Shown: one piece after another, positions 1 through 10,559 of the stretch | How the letters are laid out: the number at the start of each line of letters is the position of its first letter | How positions within the stretch are numbered: position 1 is the first letter of the stretch | From: Iodidimonas sp. SYSU 1G8 | GTDB lineage: Bacteria > Pseudomonadota > Alphaproteobacteria > SMXS01 | Assembly: GCF_039655775.1 (NCBI RefSeq) | Contig: NZ_JBBYXJ010000001.1 | Location: 1,427,208 to 1,459,207 of the forward strand | Direction: 5' to 3' | Length of the DNA stretch: 32,000 nt | Notes under the pieces: model-generated | Told to the model about the DNA's origin: nothing | The model's input: only the letters and a program-made list of their open reading frames with translations | The model's database searches: none | Position numbers and translations under genes: made by a program

Positions 1-1402
<1,402 letters not shown>

Positions 1403-1626
1403 TGCTAACTCCTTTTGATATCTCTGGTTTACCGATTCCGCACTTCGCGGAGATTGCTCCGCGAGGCGCCAGGATCACTTGCAGGCGTCGCAGAGTCGTG
1501 AACGGTCCAAGCGCTGCGGGCTGATCCTCAGCTACCGTTCGATCACGACCTCTGCTCACCGGGTGCATGGGGAAACCGCGAAACCGGTTTTGGTTCCGGC
1601 GAGACCGCCGCACCGGGCGACCGCGT

Positions 1627-2109
1627 CTATGGCGCGTCGGGCGTCCGCTTTCCCTGCAGGGCCGTGTCCGCCTGCTCAAGCCGCCGCAGGCCGGATGACA
1701 GGGCAGCGCCCCAGGCGGCATGGGCGCAGAGCATCAGAAGAGTGCGGCGGATCGGGTGCCGGGTGGGCGGCGCGAGGACTCGGGTCGCCGGCAACCACCC
1801 GAAATAACTCACCGCCCACACGGCCAGCCCGTACCCTGCACCGACGGGAAAGGAGCGCCGCCTGGTGAGCAGCGGAAACACGGCGCCCGTGAACGCGCCG
1901 TAGGCGAAGTGGGCTGCCATCGCCAGCGTGGCCGTCTTGTCGTCGCTGGTCTCGAGCTTGGTGCTCTCGAGAACCCGCTGGGTGATCTCCCTAGGCGGAA
2001 GGGGATACCGCTCACGTGACGGCAGCCATCTCCAGAGCCGTTCGGCCGTCGCCGTCATGGCCATGGTCGCGGCGAAACCGGCGAAGGCGCCGTAGAGAAC
2101 ACGTTGCAT
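1627..2109 (-). CDS. Hypothetical small integral membrane protein (~160 aa)
   Basis: C-terminal part of track ORF 1627..2553. I placed the start at ATG 2109 because GAGG lies 6 nt upstream; ATG 2148 is an alternative. It has four hydrophobic segments: VLYGAFAGFAATMAMTA, LAMAAHFAYGAFTGAVFPLL, GAGYGLAVWAVSYFGWL and LLMLCAHAAWGAALSSGL. The rest of the track ORF (2249-2553) is antisense to the ClpP-like gene and reads like non-coding Arg/Ser/Pro-rich sequence. Confidence 0.6.
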   Translation of the reverse strand: MQRVLYGAFAGFAATMAMTATAERLWRWLPSRERYPLPPREITQRVLESTKLETSDDKTATLAMAAHFAYGAFTGAVFPLLTRRRSFPVGAGYGLAVWAVSYFGWLPATRVLAPPTRHPIRRTLLMLCAHAAWGAALSSGLRRLEQADTALQGKRTPDAP

Positions 2110-2248
2110 GGCGTACCTCAACCTTTCCTGGGATACCGGCCCATCCATATCGCCCGACCCGTGATCGCTTGATGGAAACCGCCTGTAATGTCGTACGACA
2201 GGAACAAGCTGGCTCGGCAGGAGTTCCCACTCGCCACAAGGAGGACGC

Positions 2249-2848
2249 ATGAATACCCACCAGATCAGCCGGACCGATCCGGACGCCGCCGATATCGACA
2301 TCAGCAGCCTGCTCGCCCCGCGCATCAAACTGCACGGGAAGGTCGATGACGGCATGCTCCACTCGTTTCTGTCGCAACTGGACGCCGCGCTGGGCAAGGA
2401 TGGGCTCATCGGGGTCCAGGTGTTCACGGCCGGAGGCGACGCGGACGTTGGCCGGCGTATCGCCGATGAGATCCGGCTGTGCCGGGAGCATCGGGGGCGC
2501 GACCTGGCCTTCTTCGGCGTCACCAACGTGTATTCGGCGGGGGTGACGATCATGGGGGCGTTCCCGAGGGAACGACGCTATCTCGGCCGCGATGCGGTGC
2601 TGTTGATCCACGGGCGAAAGATCCAGGAGCAGAAACTGCCCGCCGGTCCTCTTCCTTCGGCGCTGCAGTTCGCCCGCCTCAAGGTTTCCGAGCTGGAAAA
2701 CGGTCTGCGTCTCGAGCGGCAGGAGTTCGAGCGGCTGATCGTCGGCAGCACTCTCACGATCGAGGCGCTGGAAGAACGGGCGGCGACCAACTGGTACGTC
2801 ACAGCGGAAGAAGCGCTGACATTGAAGCTGATCGGCGGACTTGTCTGA
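2249..2848 (+). CDS. ClpP-fold (peptidase S14-like) serine peptidase family protein, 199 aa
   Basis: A strong RBS AAGGAGG at 2238-2244 precedes ATG 2249. The layout resembles ClpP: ...VFTAGGDADVGRRIADEI... (compare ClpP SPGGxVxAGxAIYD), VYSAGVTIMGA (candidate Ser nucleophile) and LLIHGRK (candidate His). It is standalone, with no clpX nearby. Confidence 0.7.
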   Translation: MNTHQISRTDPDAADIDISSLLAPRIKLHGKVDDGMLHSFLSQLDAALGKDGLIGVQVFTAGGDADVGRRIADEIRLCREHRGRDLAFFGVTNVYSAGVTIMGAFPRERRYLGRDAVLLIHGRKIQEQKLPAGPLPSALQFARLKVSELENGLRLERQEFERLIVGSTLTIEALEERAATNWYVTAEEALTLKLIGGLV

Positions 2849-2914
2849 CGCGAGACACCGAGTGGCGGCAGGCACGTCGAAGAATGACGCGATCGGTTCC
2901 GAGGCGGGTGACGG

Positions 2915-3307
2915 TCAGTGAAAGATGGCTATCGGCTCCAGGTCGTCCAGCTTGACGTGCAGGACGCTGGCGATCTTGCGGCGCGCCTCCAGGGTTTCCT
3001 CGGTCTGCCCGGTTTCCACGCCGACGATGTAATCATGGGGCAGGCCCGCCGCTTCCGCCAGACGGGTCGTCGAGAAGCCGCGGAGCTCGCGGTAGAGCTT
3101 GTGCGGCGTTTCACCCTGCATCAGCCGCTGCGCGAGCGCGATTGGCAGCGCGTCACGATTCATGGACGAATTGACCCATTCGGCGAGACTGCCGAGACTG
3201 GTCTCCTCGGCGACCTTCATCAGCCGATCAAAAAGCTCTTCGGAGACGATGACGATCCGCTCGTCGCCCGCCAACGCCCGAATTAACGTGTATCCGCCTA
3301 TGTCCAT
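2915..3307 (-). CDS. XRE-family helix-turn-helix protein, antitoxin-like architecture (130 aa)
   Basis: Start placed at ATG 3307 (MDIGGYTLIRALAGDERIVIVSEELFDRL...). The 77 upstream codons of track ORF 2915..3538 overlap the response-regulator gene and look non-coding. The C-terminal half, LYRELRGFSTTRLAEAAGLPHDYIVGVETGQTEETLEARRKIASVLHVKLDDL, has the HTH_3/XRE pattern. Confidence 0.7.
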   Translation of the reverse strand: MDIGGYTLIRALAGDERIVIVSEELFDRLMKVAEETSLGSLAEWVNSSMNRDALPIALAQRLMQGETPHKLYRELRGFSTTRLAEAAGLPHDYIVGVETGQTEETLEARRKIASVLHVKLDDLEPIAIFH

Positions 3308-3372
3308 GCCGATATCCCGATTTACCAAAAGCGAGAGATACCACCGGTCGCAACAAATCCGCAATCGAGGCG

Positions 3373-4020
3373 TCAGGGATTGGCGGATCCCAGGTTGTTC
3401 AGGGCCCAGATCGCGGCGGCCGTGCGATTGGGCGCCCCGATCTTCCGGAGAAGCGCCTTCATGTGAACCTTCACCATATTCTCGGTGACGCTCAGATGGA
3501 CGGCAATTCGCTTGTTCGGCTCGCCCCGCGCCAGGCATTCGAGGATGCTTTCTTCCTGGGCCGACAGACTGGGCAGGGCTGGACGGCCCACCCGCGCCGG
3601 CGTGCTGATCAATGTGGGGACGAGTTCGCTCGGCAGCACCTTTTCGCCCATCAGAACCAGCGCGAGAGATTCCCTGAGCGCCGCGGGCCCGACATCCTTC
3701 ACGAGATAGCCGCTGGCGCCCGCCTTCAGGGCCGCCACCAATTGCGGGACCGACAGCTCTGGCGTGAGGGTCACGACCGGTACGTCACTCCAGCGCGCGC
3801 ACAGCGCCGTGAGCGCGCCTTCTTCAGCGCTCGGCGCCGAGAGGGATGACTGCAGGCTGACGATGATGATGTCCGGCTTCTGGCGGCAGGCCGTGATGTC
3901 CCCCAGCGCCGTCAACGAGGCGGCCTCCGCCGTCACCATGAAGTGGGAGTCCGCCAGAAGGCTCTTGAGACCCTCCCTCAGAAGCCGGCTCGGATCCACG
4001 ATCCAGAGACTGTGTTGCAT
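3373..4020 (-). CDS. NarL/FixJ (LuxR-type HTH) response regulator with a degenerate receiver domain, 215 aa
   Basis: Start placed at ATG 4020 (MQHSLWIVDPS...). The C-terminus LSAQEESILECLARGEPNKRIAVHLSVTENMVKVHMKALLRKIGAPNRTAAAIWA is a LuxR/GerE HTH. The receiver keeps the conserved Thr (VVTLT) and Lys (GYLVKD). It reads DP instead of DD at the acidic pocket, and PDIIIVSLQ where the phospho-acceptor Asp is expected. Confidence 0.85.
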   Translation of the reverse strand: MQHSLWIVDPSRLLREGLKSLLADSHFMVTAEAASLTALGDITACRQKPDIIIVSLQSSLSAPSAEEGALTALCARWSDVPVVTLTPELSVPQLVAALKAGASGYLVKDVGPAALRESLALVLMGEKVLPSELVPTLISTPARVGRPALPSLSAQEESILECLARGEPNKRIAVHLSVTENMVKVHMKALLRKIGAPNRTAAAIWALNNLGSANP

Positions 4021-4274
4021 TATGGCTTCCCCGATCCATGGCGCCCCCTTACCCCCATCGCGCAACTATGTGCTTGCTTGATTAAGAAAGCACTAACAGG
4101 GATTAAGACCCGCCAAAATTTCCTGTGAGGGCGACCAGCAAGCGTGAGACGTCCGCGGGACGGGTTACGGCGGCGCCTCAGCGAGAGATACTGACGAGCG
4201 CGCTCTTGGTTCCCGGCATCGCCCCTTTTGGTAGGCGGGTTGTACAGCCTCGCGAGAGGCCAGAACGCGCAAAT

Positions 4275-4291
4275 CCCCGCGTTATGCGGGG
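4275..4291. other. GC-rich stem-loop CCCCGC-GTTAT-GCGGGG in the intergenic region downstream of the helicase gene; possible terminator
   Basis: A perfect 6-bp stem with a 5-nt loop, read directly. On the + strand it is followed by CATTTGTTGTG...GTTTTGATTTGG, and on the - strand by ATTTGCGCGTTC. A second, imperfect hairpin lies at 4321-4343. Neither has a clean U-tract on the strand of the upstream gene. Confidence 0.3.
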
Positions 4292-4427
4292 CATTTGTTG
4301 TGCTGGGTGTGTGTTTTGATTTGGTTGCGGGGACCCGCACCAACCGAGAGTACAGGAGGCTTAAAGCGCTCGTTTAGTGGGCCATCGCCTACCGGCAGCA
4401 GGCCGAGTGAATATGTACTCGCCCTTG

Positions 4428-7400
4428 TCAACGCGGTCTTGGGCGTGGTTTGGGAAGCGCTGCACGCGGTGCACTCGACGGTGGCGGTGTGGTGTTAGCC
4501 GGCATGCGTTGGCATGTATGGGTGATCGTGGCTTCGGCGCCGTCGTCGAGGTAATAGTCCAATCCGGACGATAAATCATAGCGGTGGACCCATTCCTCAC
4601 CGTCCCTCGAAAGCAAAGCCTCGATCCACCGATCGTGGAACTCGCGGTTTGGTCCTTGGGTTCGCTCGATCACTTGGGTTTGCTGCGGCCTCTCCGTTGC
4701 GGGAAAGGCAGCGCGGATCGCCGTCTCTCTGGCAGAGCGATCGCGTCGCCCCGGTTCCTTCGCTCCATCAGGGCGCACGATGAGCTCCAGGCGCTTAGGC
4801 ACGACGCCAGCGTAGGTAATGAGCTGCATTAGGAAAGCTGTCGTGGCAGGAAGGTTGTCCCGAACCTGGCCGTAATTGGTCTGCTGCCGTGCCAGCGCAT
4901 AGGGGTCCCTGATAGTCAGACGCCTGATCTCCGAAGCACCCTTGAGCGCATCAAAGTCTGCCTCGAGACTTCTGCGATCTCCAGGCGCGTATACCGTACG
5001 CTTCGTTTCCTTAATGGAATAAGTCAGCGCCTCGTTGGCCATCGATGCGCCGTCGAGGGCTGCATTGATCGCGTCCAGCAGGTCCGGCGCATCCTTCGTC
5101 CGCCGCCGTCGCACTCTGCCAGGCAACAACTCCTCGAACAATGCCATGTCAGATTGATCGGAGTAGATCAGTAAGCCTGATGCTTGTTCGCCATCGATCA
5201 CGACCCGTGGAAGAGAGGCTGCAATGTCCTTGCGCATTCTGCGAACCTCGACTTGCCCACGCTCAACCAGCGCGGTCAATTGCCGGACGACGACCAGCGC
5301 CGCCGTCGGCAACAGGTCTAGCCGCAACGTACCGACCTCCTCGGTCAGGATGGTGACGCGCCGGTCCGCGCCCTTCTTGCAAAACTCAGAGATGAGTTCG
5401 AACGACTCCGGAACCCGCGTGACATTGCCTTCGTGATCGAGTTCGGCCAGATCCGTTGCCGCGGCCGTCCATAGACGACGTGCTGTCAGGATCAGTCGCG
5501 ATGCACCCCGAACCTCTTCACGAAGTCGCTGGGAGGAGGCATCCGCCCATAGTGGCCCAAAGCGATGATCGAGTTCTATATCGGTCCGCGCCCTTATCAG
5601 CCACGCCAGAACGGTTTCACGCCGGAAATCATCCCAGTTCGCTTGGTTGGAATAATCTCGCAGACATTTGCGGCACGACCCGGAACAGTTCGCTGGGCAA
5701 TCGAGAATGCGCAATGCTTTGTCGACCAGTTCCGACGCGTTGTAATCTTCGCCCAACTTCCGGACGAACCCGGCGCCCCCGGATACGGCGTCATAAAGGA
5801 TCACCTCCGGACGCCCCCCTCGATAGGCGAAAGTGGTGCGCATGTCTCGGCTGTCGCACTTAAGCAGGTCGGCCGCTCCCAGGCGGAGAGCCTCGGAAAG
5901 TGTCCTGATGAAACCGTCTCGCCACTTTTCCTCGTCATCCGGCAAGATATTTTCTGGAACTGGCGGAAGTGCGTCCGCGAAGAGATATCCTCTGACCTCG
6001 GTCTTGAAGACATGGCCAAGGTCGATCAATTCCAGGTTTCCCTTGCAGGGCTGGTCATCCCTGGGGCGCCGATGATCTTCTCCCGTTACATATGGCGCCG
6101 TCTCGCCCCGATGGGCCGCGCGCGCGAATTCACAACGCTGGCAACGGTAAAACCCCGCGCGATGCCGTCCTCTGTTCGCGATCAGCAGCTTGCCCTCGGT
6201 CTGTCGTGACTCCGGATCCGCGAAAGCCTTGAGGAACCATGTTTTGAGCCCTGGGACGTCGGTCGACTTGATCTCGTCCGAATGTGCGCGTGTAATCAGT
6301 TTGGCATCCGACGCCGCGCGGCTTCGTCGCCTCGATACGCCTGGCTCTCGGCCGCGACGGGCCCCGATGGTTGTGACGAAGCCCTTGGGTTCGATGAAAG
6401 GGCGTCGGTCGAAAAAACTGCGTGAACTGCCGCAATTGGAGCACTCGTCGCCGAGGGCGTCCCTGTCGTCATAGGGGATGTGGTCCACATGTGCACATTC
6501 CCGGCATGCCGCGTACCATTGCTTAGGAACAAATTCGTCCGGATACCGCGCAATCCCCCCACTCACCCAGACCCGGTGGCCTGAAACGACTTCTTCGCCT
6601 GGGGCGTACTCGACAATACCAAGAGCCGCATCCCGCGAGAGCTGAAGATCGTCTTCCAATGTCTGGGAGGCGCGTTGTCTTTTCTCGACGCTCTGCAGCA
6701 CCTCGAGAACCACTGAACTTGTCGGAAAACTATATGTCGGTATCAGGGCGTATTCGGAAAGCACATCAACCAGCCGGCGGTTCATGAAATCTTTTATCTC
6801 ATATCCCATTCGCGCTGCGAGCCCCGGATTGTCACCCTCCATTGCTTCCGATCGGCGCGAGTAGAGGGTTCCGCATCGGTCAGCGACCATCAGGGCAAAG
6901 CGCCGCAATTCGAGCAGCAGATCATCAGCAGCTTCCTCCGGGGACCCGAACCCTATCGAAGCTAGGCCCTGCTGGTCTAGATACTCGCGAAGGCTAAAGG
7001 CCTCGAGCAGCCAGCGCTCTCCGTCGTCGCCCTTCAGCCAGTTCTCAAGGGTTCTGAGGAACTCATGGACTGTCGCAAAATGGGGGCCGGGGACCCGAAC
7101 AATTTCCGCTTCGCGCAGAAAGAGGGGAAGAGCATCGGCACCTAGGGCCGGAGCGAACAGGTCGCGCAAGCGTGGTGCAGAAATCTTGTCGCTAGGCAGG
7201 GCGCTACGGAGAAACCCGGCCAGCGCGACGGATCGCTGATGACGGCGGAAGAACACGGGGTTATCGAGTTGTACCCAGGGCGTGGCAGGAGACCGTCCCA
7301 GATACTCCTGGAAGGACACAAAGGATGCCTGGTCGAACTGTCCGGATCGGGCGAGCGTCAGGGTCAGCGGGGACGCCTGCAATCGTCGACCCGCGCGGCC

Positions 7401-10400
7401 TGCCCTTTGCTGGTAGTTGGCGATGGTCGGCGGGACATTTCGACAGAAAACCGCTTCCAGGTCGCCTAGGTCGACGCCCATTTCCATCGTTGTCGAGCAG
7501 CTCAAAAGATTGATCTCGCCATTTCGAAAACGAGTTTCGATCCGGTCTCTCAGTTCCGTGCCGATTGAGGCAGTATGTTCTCTTGCGGTCGCTGTCAGCG
7601 CCTTCGCATGCGTATATCGCCGTGCATAATGGTTCTGTTCCCCTAGGAGTCTTCGGCGCTCATCGGTCATCCTTTCCAGTGCCCCATCGCAGCCAAGTGC
7701 GAGACAGGTACCGGTCAAATTCCGGACGCTGCGGGTCCCGCAGCGGTCGCAGACGAACAGCGGCCGGTCGACTCCATTGACCAGTGTTATCTTGGATAGC
7801 CCGACGCCAAAACCGTTTTTGCCATCTCGGTTTTGTTGCAACAGTCCTTGCTGACACGCCGCCTTGAAAAAGTGCGTTAACAAATTCTTTCGTGTTGGCT
7901 GATCAGTGATACCTGCCTTCTCGATTAGAAGCCTTGAGCGGAAGTGCCGATCGCTCGATGGCAGCCAGGACTCGGTCGCGCCTTCCTTACTCTTCATGAG
8001 GTCTAAGGCCACGGACCGGCCTTTCTGGTTGAACTTGTCGGTCCAGGTATCGGGATCTCCCAGGTCAACCATATTGCTCTGGGATTTTACGATCTGTCGC
8101 CGGCGGCGGACGCCATCCAAAAGCAGGCGGGTCAGTTCTTCTGACTGACTGCTGTTCCAATCCGCCGGAACGAAAGGAGTTATGGCCGTCGCGATATTCC
8201 TGAGGCCGGCGTTCTCATACTCCACCGCCACCAGACCCAGCGACTCAAGTGTCTCACGGGAGGGCCGAGGGAGACAGAACTCGAATAGGATGCGACCCAG
8301 CACTTGAACCTTCACATCCGCGTCATCCAATTCTTCCATCGCGCCGGGCACGCGCCAGTCGAACAACGGCAGACGCTGCCAGTCGTCGCCTTCATTGAGG
8401 CGTCGACATACCTCCGTGCCTGCCCTCTCGATGGCGATCGGGCCCTCCGCCACGCACTGTGTCAGCGCCCGGCGAATGGCTTGATCCATTGCTGCCCGCT
8501 CGAAGAACGGCGCGAAAAACGCAGCATCCTGACGGTTGTCAGAGAACACCAGCAGCTTGCGGCCTTCTGCCGGCAGACGGGTATGGGTGGAAGGCGGCAG
8601 GGCTTCCAGCAACGCCTGAGCGACAACCGAGGCCAGCGCGTCATCTCCGGGATGGATGGGCGTCACAGCCTCAGAACCATCGAGCGGCTTGAAGCCGCAA
8701 TTGGGGCAGACAGGAACAATGGGCGGCTCGTCGTCCGCACCTACGGCTCTCTCGACTCTCTCAAGGGAAAGGACATTTAGAGACCCTTGGTCGTTGGCTA
8801 AAGCGCCCGTTTCCGGGTCGAACCTGAGCTTGGCATTTTCCTGCGCCTCCTCATCCACCGACTCGTCGGCGGCATCCAGCGCTTCGCTTCCGGGTCGCAG
8901 CCGCAGGACTACACGGTCAGAAACCCGCGTTCTGCCGGGTTCGAAGCGAGGTTCGACGATCTGATTGTGGAGCCATCCTTCTACATGCGGTTCACCACAG
9001 TTGCGGCAACAGAGAAGGCTGTACCATTTCCCTCCCACGGAGGACCTGGAGCGACCTACCTCAACATTTGCAATGCCTTCCTGGCTGGTCGCGGAGAGTT
9101 GCACGATAAGCCCGTCCACCCCAGTCGCGGCCAAGTGATGCCGGGCGGGCAACAGGGCGAAGTCATCGGGCGCGGAGCGCGCGGTGACGCCCACGGAGAT
9201 GACCCCAGCCAGTGCCGCGTATGCTGTCTGAAACTCGGCGTTCGGAAAGATCTGTCGCGCTACTTCATCATATCGTTTCCGCCCGTCCCTCAACATCGCC
9301 TCGGTGCGCCTTACCTCGACGTTCCTCTGGAACTTTTCGAGAAGGCCGCTACCCAAGTCCGTAGCGAACTCGTCCAGAAGGAGCGAACCTGGTAGGTCCG
9401 CCTCCTCGATCTCAGTGTTCCAGTCGAACGCGGATGTCGCTCCTAACCCCCGAAGCTTTCCGATCAGGCCGGGCAACTTTGCCCAGGAGCCGGCATCGAG
9501 CGACCAGACTTCGTCTTTTCGGGACAGACCGGCATGTGGCTGACGCTTGCCCGTGATCACACCGCCATCAAACCGTGCGTCGAACAGATGGGATGCGAAT
9601 TGCTTGAGGCGGTCGGCCTCTGATTCGTCAAGGGATGCGCTGGTCCCTACGCAGAAAATCTGTCGGGTCTTGTTGCCGAAAATGCGGTTCTTCAGCTTTC
9701 GCAGCAAGAAAGCCGTCTCGACAGCCTGCGCCCCGGTATATGTATGCACCTCATCAAGAATGAGCGCTTGGAGTTGGCTGCCTTGCAAGAGAGGAGCGTT
9801 CCTGGGCAGGAGCAATACATGCTCGAGCATCGCATAGTTGGTGACAAGGATGTGGGGCGGCTGCGTCAGCATTTCGCCGCGAGACAACAACCAGTTGTCT
9901 AGTGACGCGCCATGCAAGACCTCCATCAGGGTTTCGTTGCGTTCAAGACGTGCCAGCTCCTGCTCCCGGCTGGAACCGGCACGCACTTGCCCCGTAAAAC
10001 GCCCGAACCGAATACCGGGGTCTCCCAGGTCCCTAAGGAGGAGAGGCGCGATCCGGTAGAATAGCTGATCGGTTGCAAGCGCGTTCAGCGGATAGATGAG
10101 AATTGCCCTCACGCCCGGCGCCGACCGGTTTGGCTCCCTCAGCAATCGGTCGATCAAAGGGTAGAGGAAGGCCTCGGTTTTTCCCGAACCGGTACCCGTC
10201 GCGACTAGATAGTTTTTACCCTCGGACGCACCACGGAGCGCCTGCTCCTGGTGTCTGTGCAAACGCCGGTTGAGCAGTTTTCGGCCGTGGTCATGGCTGC
10301 CCAGGCGCAGCCACTCGTCGCAAAGGACCCCTTCTCGCACCAGTTCTGCGAGCGTGGCTCCCTTTTCGTAATCCGGAAGCGCCTCCAGATAGGGGCCCTT

Positions 10401-10559
10401 GACAAGCTCCGTGGCGCTGAGCGCTCCCCTGTATTTCTCTGCCAACACAGGCGAACGGAGCTGAGACACCGGCGCCGTCGTCGCGATAAATCGCGCGATG
10501 GTCCGTTCCAGCTCCTGCTTGAAGAGCATGGGGTCCAACTCATGTCGCGCCTGTGTCAT
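4428..10559 (-). CDS. Giant DEAD/DEAH-box helicase with DUF1998-type zinc-ribbon region and long C-terminal extension (2,043 aa); DruE-like (Druantia)
   Basis: Track ORF 4428..10685. I placed the start at ATG 10559 (MTQARHELDPMLFKQ...), which overlaps the upstream stop as ATGA (10556-10559). Helicase motifs read directly: motif I VATGTGSGKTEAF (nt 10176-10202), motif II LILDEVHTY, FSDNRQDAAFFA, STTMEMGVDLGDL and motif VI YQQRAGRAGRR. Several CxxC pairs follow (CPNCGF, CDRCGT, CRECAH...CSNCGS, CQRCEF). The DUF1998-style ending is ILYDAVSGGAGF...CPANCSGSCRKCLRDYSNQ. About 480 more residues follow. Confidence 0.85.
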   Translation of the reverse strand: MTQARHELDPMLFKQELERTIARFIATTAPVSQLRSPVLAEKYRGALSATELVKGPYLEALPDYEKGATLAELVREGVLCDEWLRLGSHDHGRKLLNRRLHRHQEQALRGASEGKNYLVATGTGSGKTEAFLYPLIDRLLREPNRSAPGVRAILIYPLNALATDQLFYRIAPLLLRDLGDPGIRFGRFTGQVRAGSSREQELARLERNETLMEVLHGASLDNWLLSRGEMLTQPPHILVTNYAMLEHVLLLPRNAPLLQGSQLQALILDEVHTYTGAQAVETAFLLRKLKNRIFGNKTRQIFCVGTSASLDESEADRLKQFASHLFDARFDGGVITGKRQPHAGLSRKDEVWSLDAGSWAKLPGLIGKLRGLGATSAFDWNTEIEEADLPGSLLLDEFATDLGSGLLEKFQRNVEVRRTEAMLRDGRKRYDEVARQIFPNAEFQTAYAALAGVISVGVTARSAPDDFALLPARHHLAATGVDGLIVQLSATSQEGIANVEVGRSRSSVGGKWYSLLCCRNCGEPHVEGWLHNQIVEPRFEPGRTRVSDRVVLRLRPGSEALDAADESVDEEAQENAKLRFDPETGALANDQGSLNVLSLERVERAVGADDEPPIVPVCPNCGFKPLDGSEAVTPIHPGDDALASVVAQALLEALPPSTHTRLPAEGRKLLVFSDNRQDAAFFAPFFERAAMDQAIRRALTQCVAEGPIAIERAGTEVCRRLNEGDDWQRLPLFDWRVPGAMEELDDADVKVQVLGRILFEFCLPRPSRETLESLGLVAVEYENAGLRNIATAITPFVPADWNSSQSEELTRLLLDGVRRRRQIVKSQSNMVDLGDPDTWTDKFNQKGRSVALDLMKSKEGATESWLPSSDRHFRSRLLIEKAGITDQPTRKNLLTHFFKAACQQGLLQQNRDGKNGFGVGLSKITLVNGVDRPLFVCDRCGTRSVRNLTGTCLALGCDGALERMTDERRRLLGEQNHYARRYTHAKALTATAREHTASIGTELRDRIETRFRNGEINLLSCSTTMEMGVDLGDLEAVFCRNVPPTIANYQQRAGRAGRRLQASPLTLTLARSGQFDQASFVSFQEYLGRSPATPWVQLDNPVFFRRHQRSVALAGFLRSALPSDKISAPRLRDLFAPALGADALPLFLREAEIVRVPGPHFATVHEFLRTLENWLKGDDGERWLLEAFSLREYLDQQGLASIGFGSPEEAADDLLLELRRFALMVADRCGTLYSRRSEAMEGDNPGLAARMGYEIKDFMNRRLVDVLSEYALIPTYSFPTSSVVLEVLQSVEKRQRASQTLEDDLQLSRDAALGIVEYAPGEEVVSGHRVWVSGGIARYPDEFVPKQWYAACRECAHVDHIPYDDRDALGDECSNCGSSRSFFDRRPFIEPKGFVTTIGARRGREPGVSRRRSRAASDAKLITRAHSDEIKSTDVPGLKTWFLKAFADPESRQTEGKLLIANRGRHRAGFYRCQRCEFARAAHRGETAPYVTGEDHRRPRDDQPCKGNLELIDLGHVFKTEVRGYLFADALPPVPENILPDDEEKWRDGFIRTLSEALRLGAADLLKCDSRDMRTTFAYRGGRPEVILYDAVSGGAGFVRKLGEDYNASELVDKALRILDCPANCSGSCRKCLRDYSNQANWDDFRRETVLAWLIRARTDIELDHRFGPLWADASSQRLREEVRGASRLILTARRLWTAAATDLAELDHEGNVTRVPESFELISEFCKKGADRRVTILTEEVGTLRLDLLPTAALVVVRQLTALVERGQVEVRRMRKDIAASLPRVVIDGEQASGLLIYSDQSDMALFEELLPGRVRRRRTKDAPDLLDAINAALDGASMANEALTYSIKETKRTVYAPGDRRSLEADFDALKGASEIRRLTIRDPYALARQQTNYGQVRDNLPATTAFLMQLITYAGVVPKRLELIVRPDGAKEPGRRDRSARETAIRAAFPATERPQQTQVIERTQGPNREFHDRWIEALLSRDGEEWVHRYDLSSGLDYYLDDGAEATITHTCQRMPANTTPPPSSAPRAALPKPRPRPR

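Noticed and set aside
2012-2875. 287-aa minus-strand ORF
   Set aside because: It is antisense to the ClpP-like gene, which has a strong RBS and family motifs. It has no motifs and no RBS of its own.
4323-4332. GGTTGCGGGG shared with 13891-13900, considered as direct repeats flanking the helicase cassette
   Set aside because: The identity is only 10 nt in GC-rich DNA, and the flanks diverge immediately. This is compatible with chance.
4431-4508. Pro-rich tail RMPANTTPPPSSAPRAALPKPRPRPR at the helicase C-terminus, considered as a functional motif or a sign of a lost stop codon
   Set aside because: It may simply be read-through of low-complexity sequence after the last domain. Without homologues I cannot tell.
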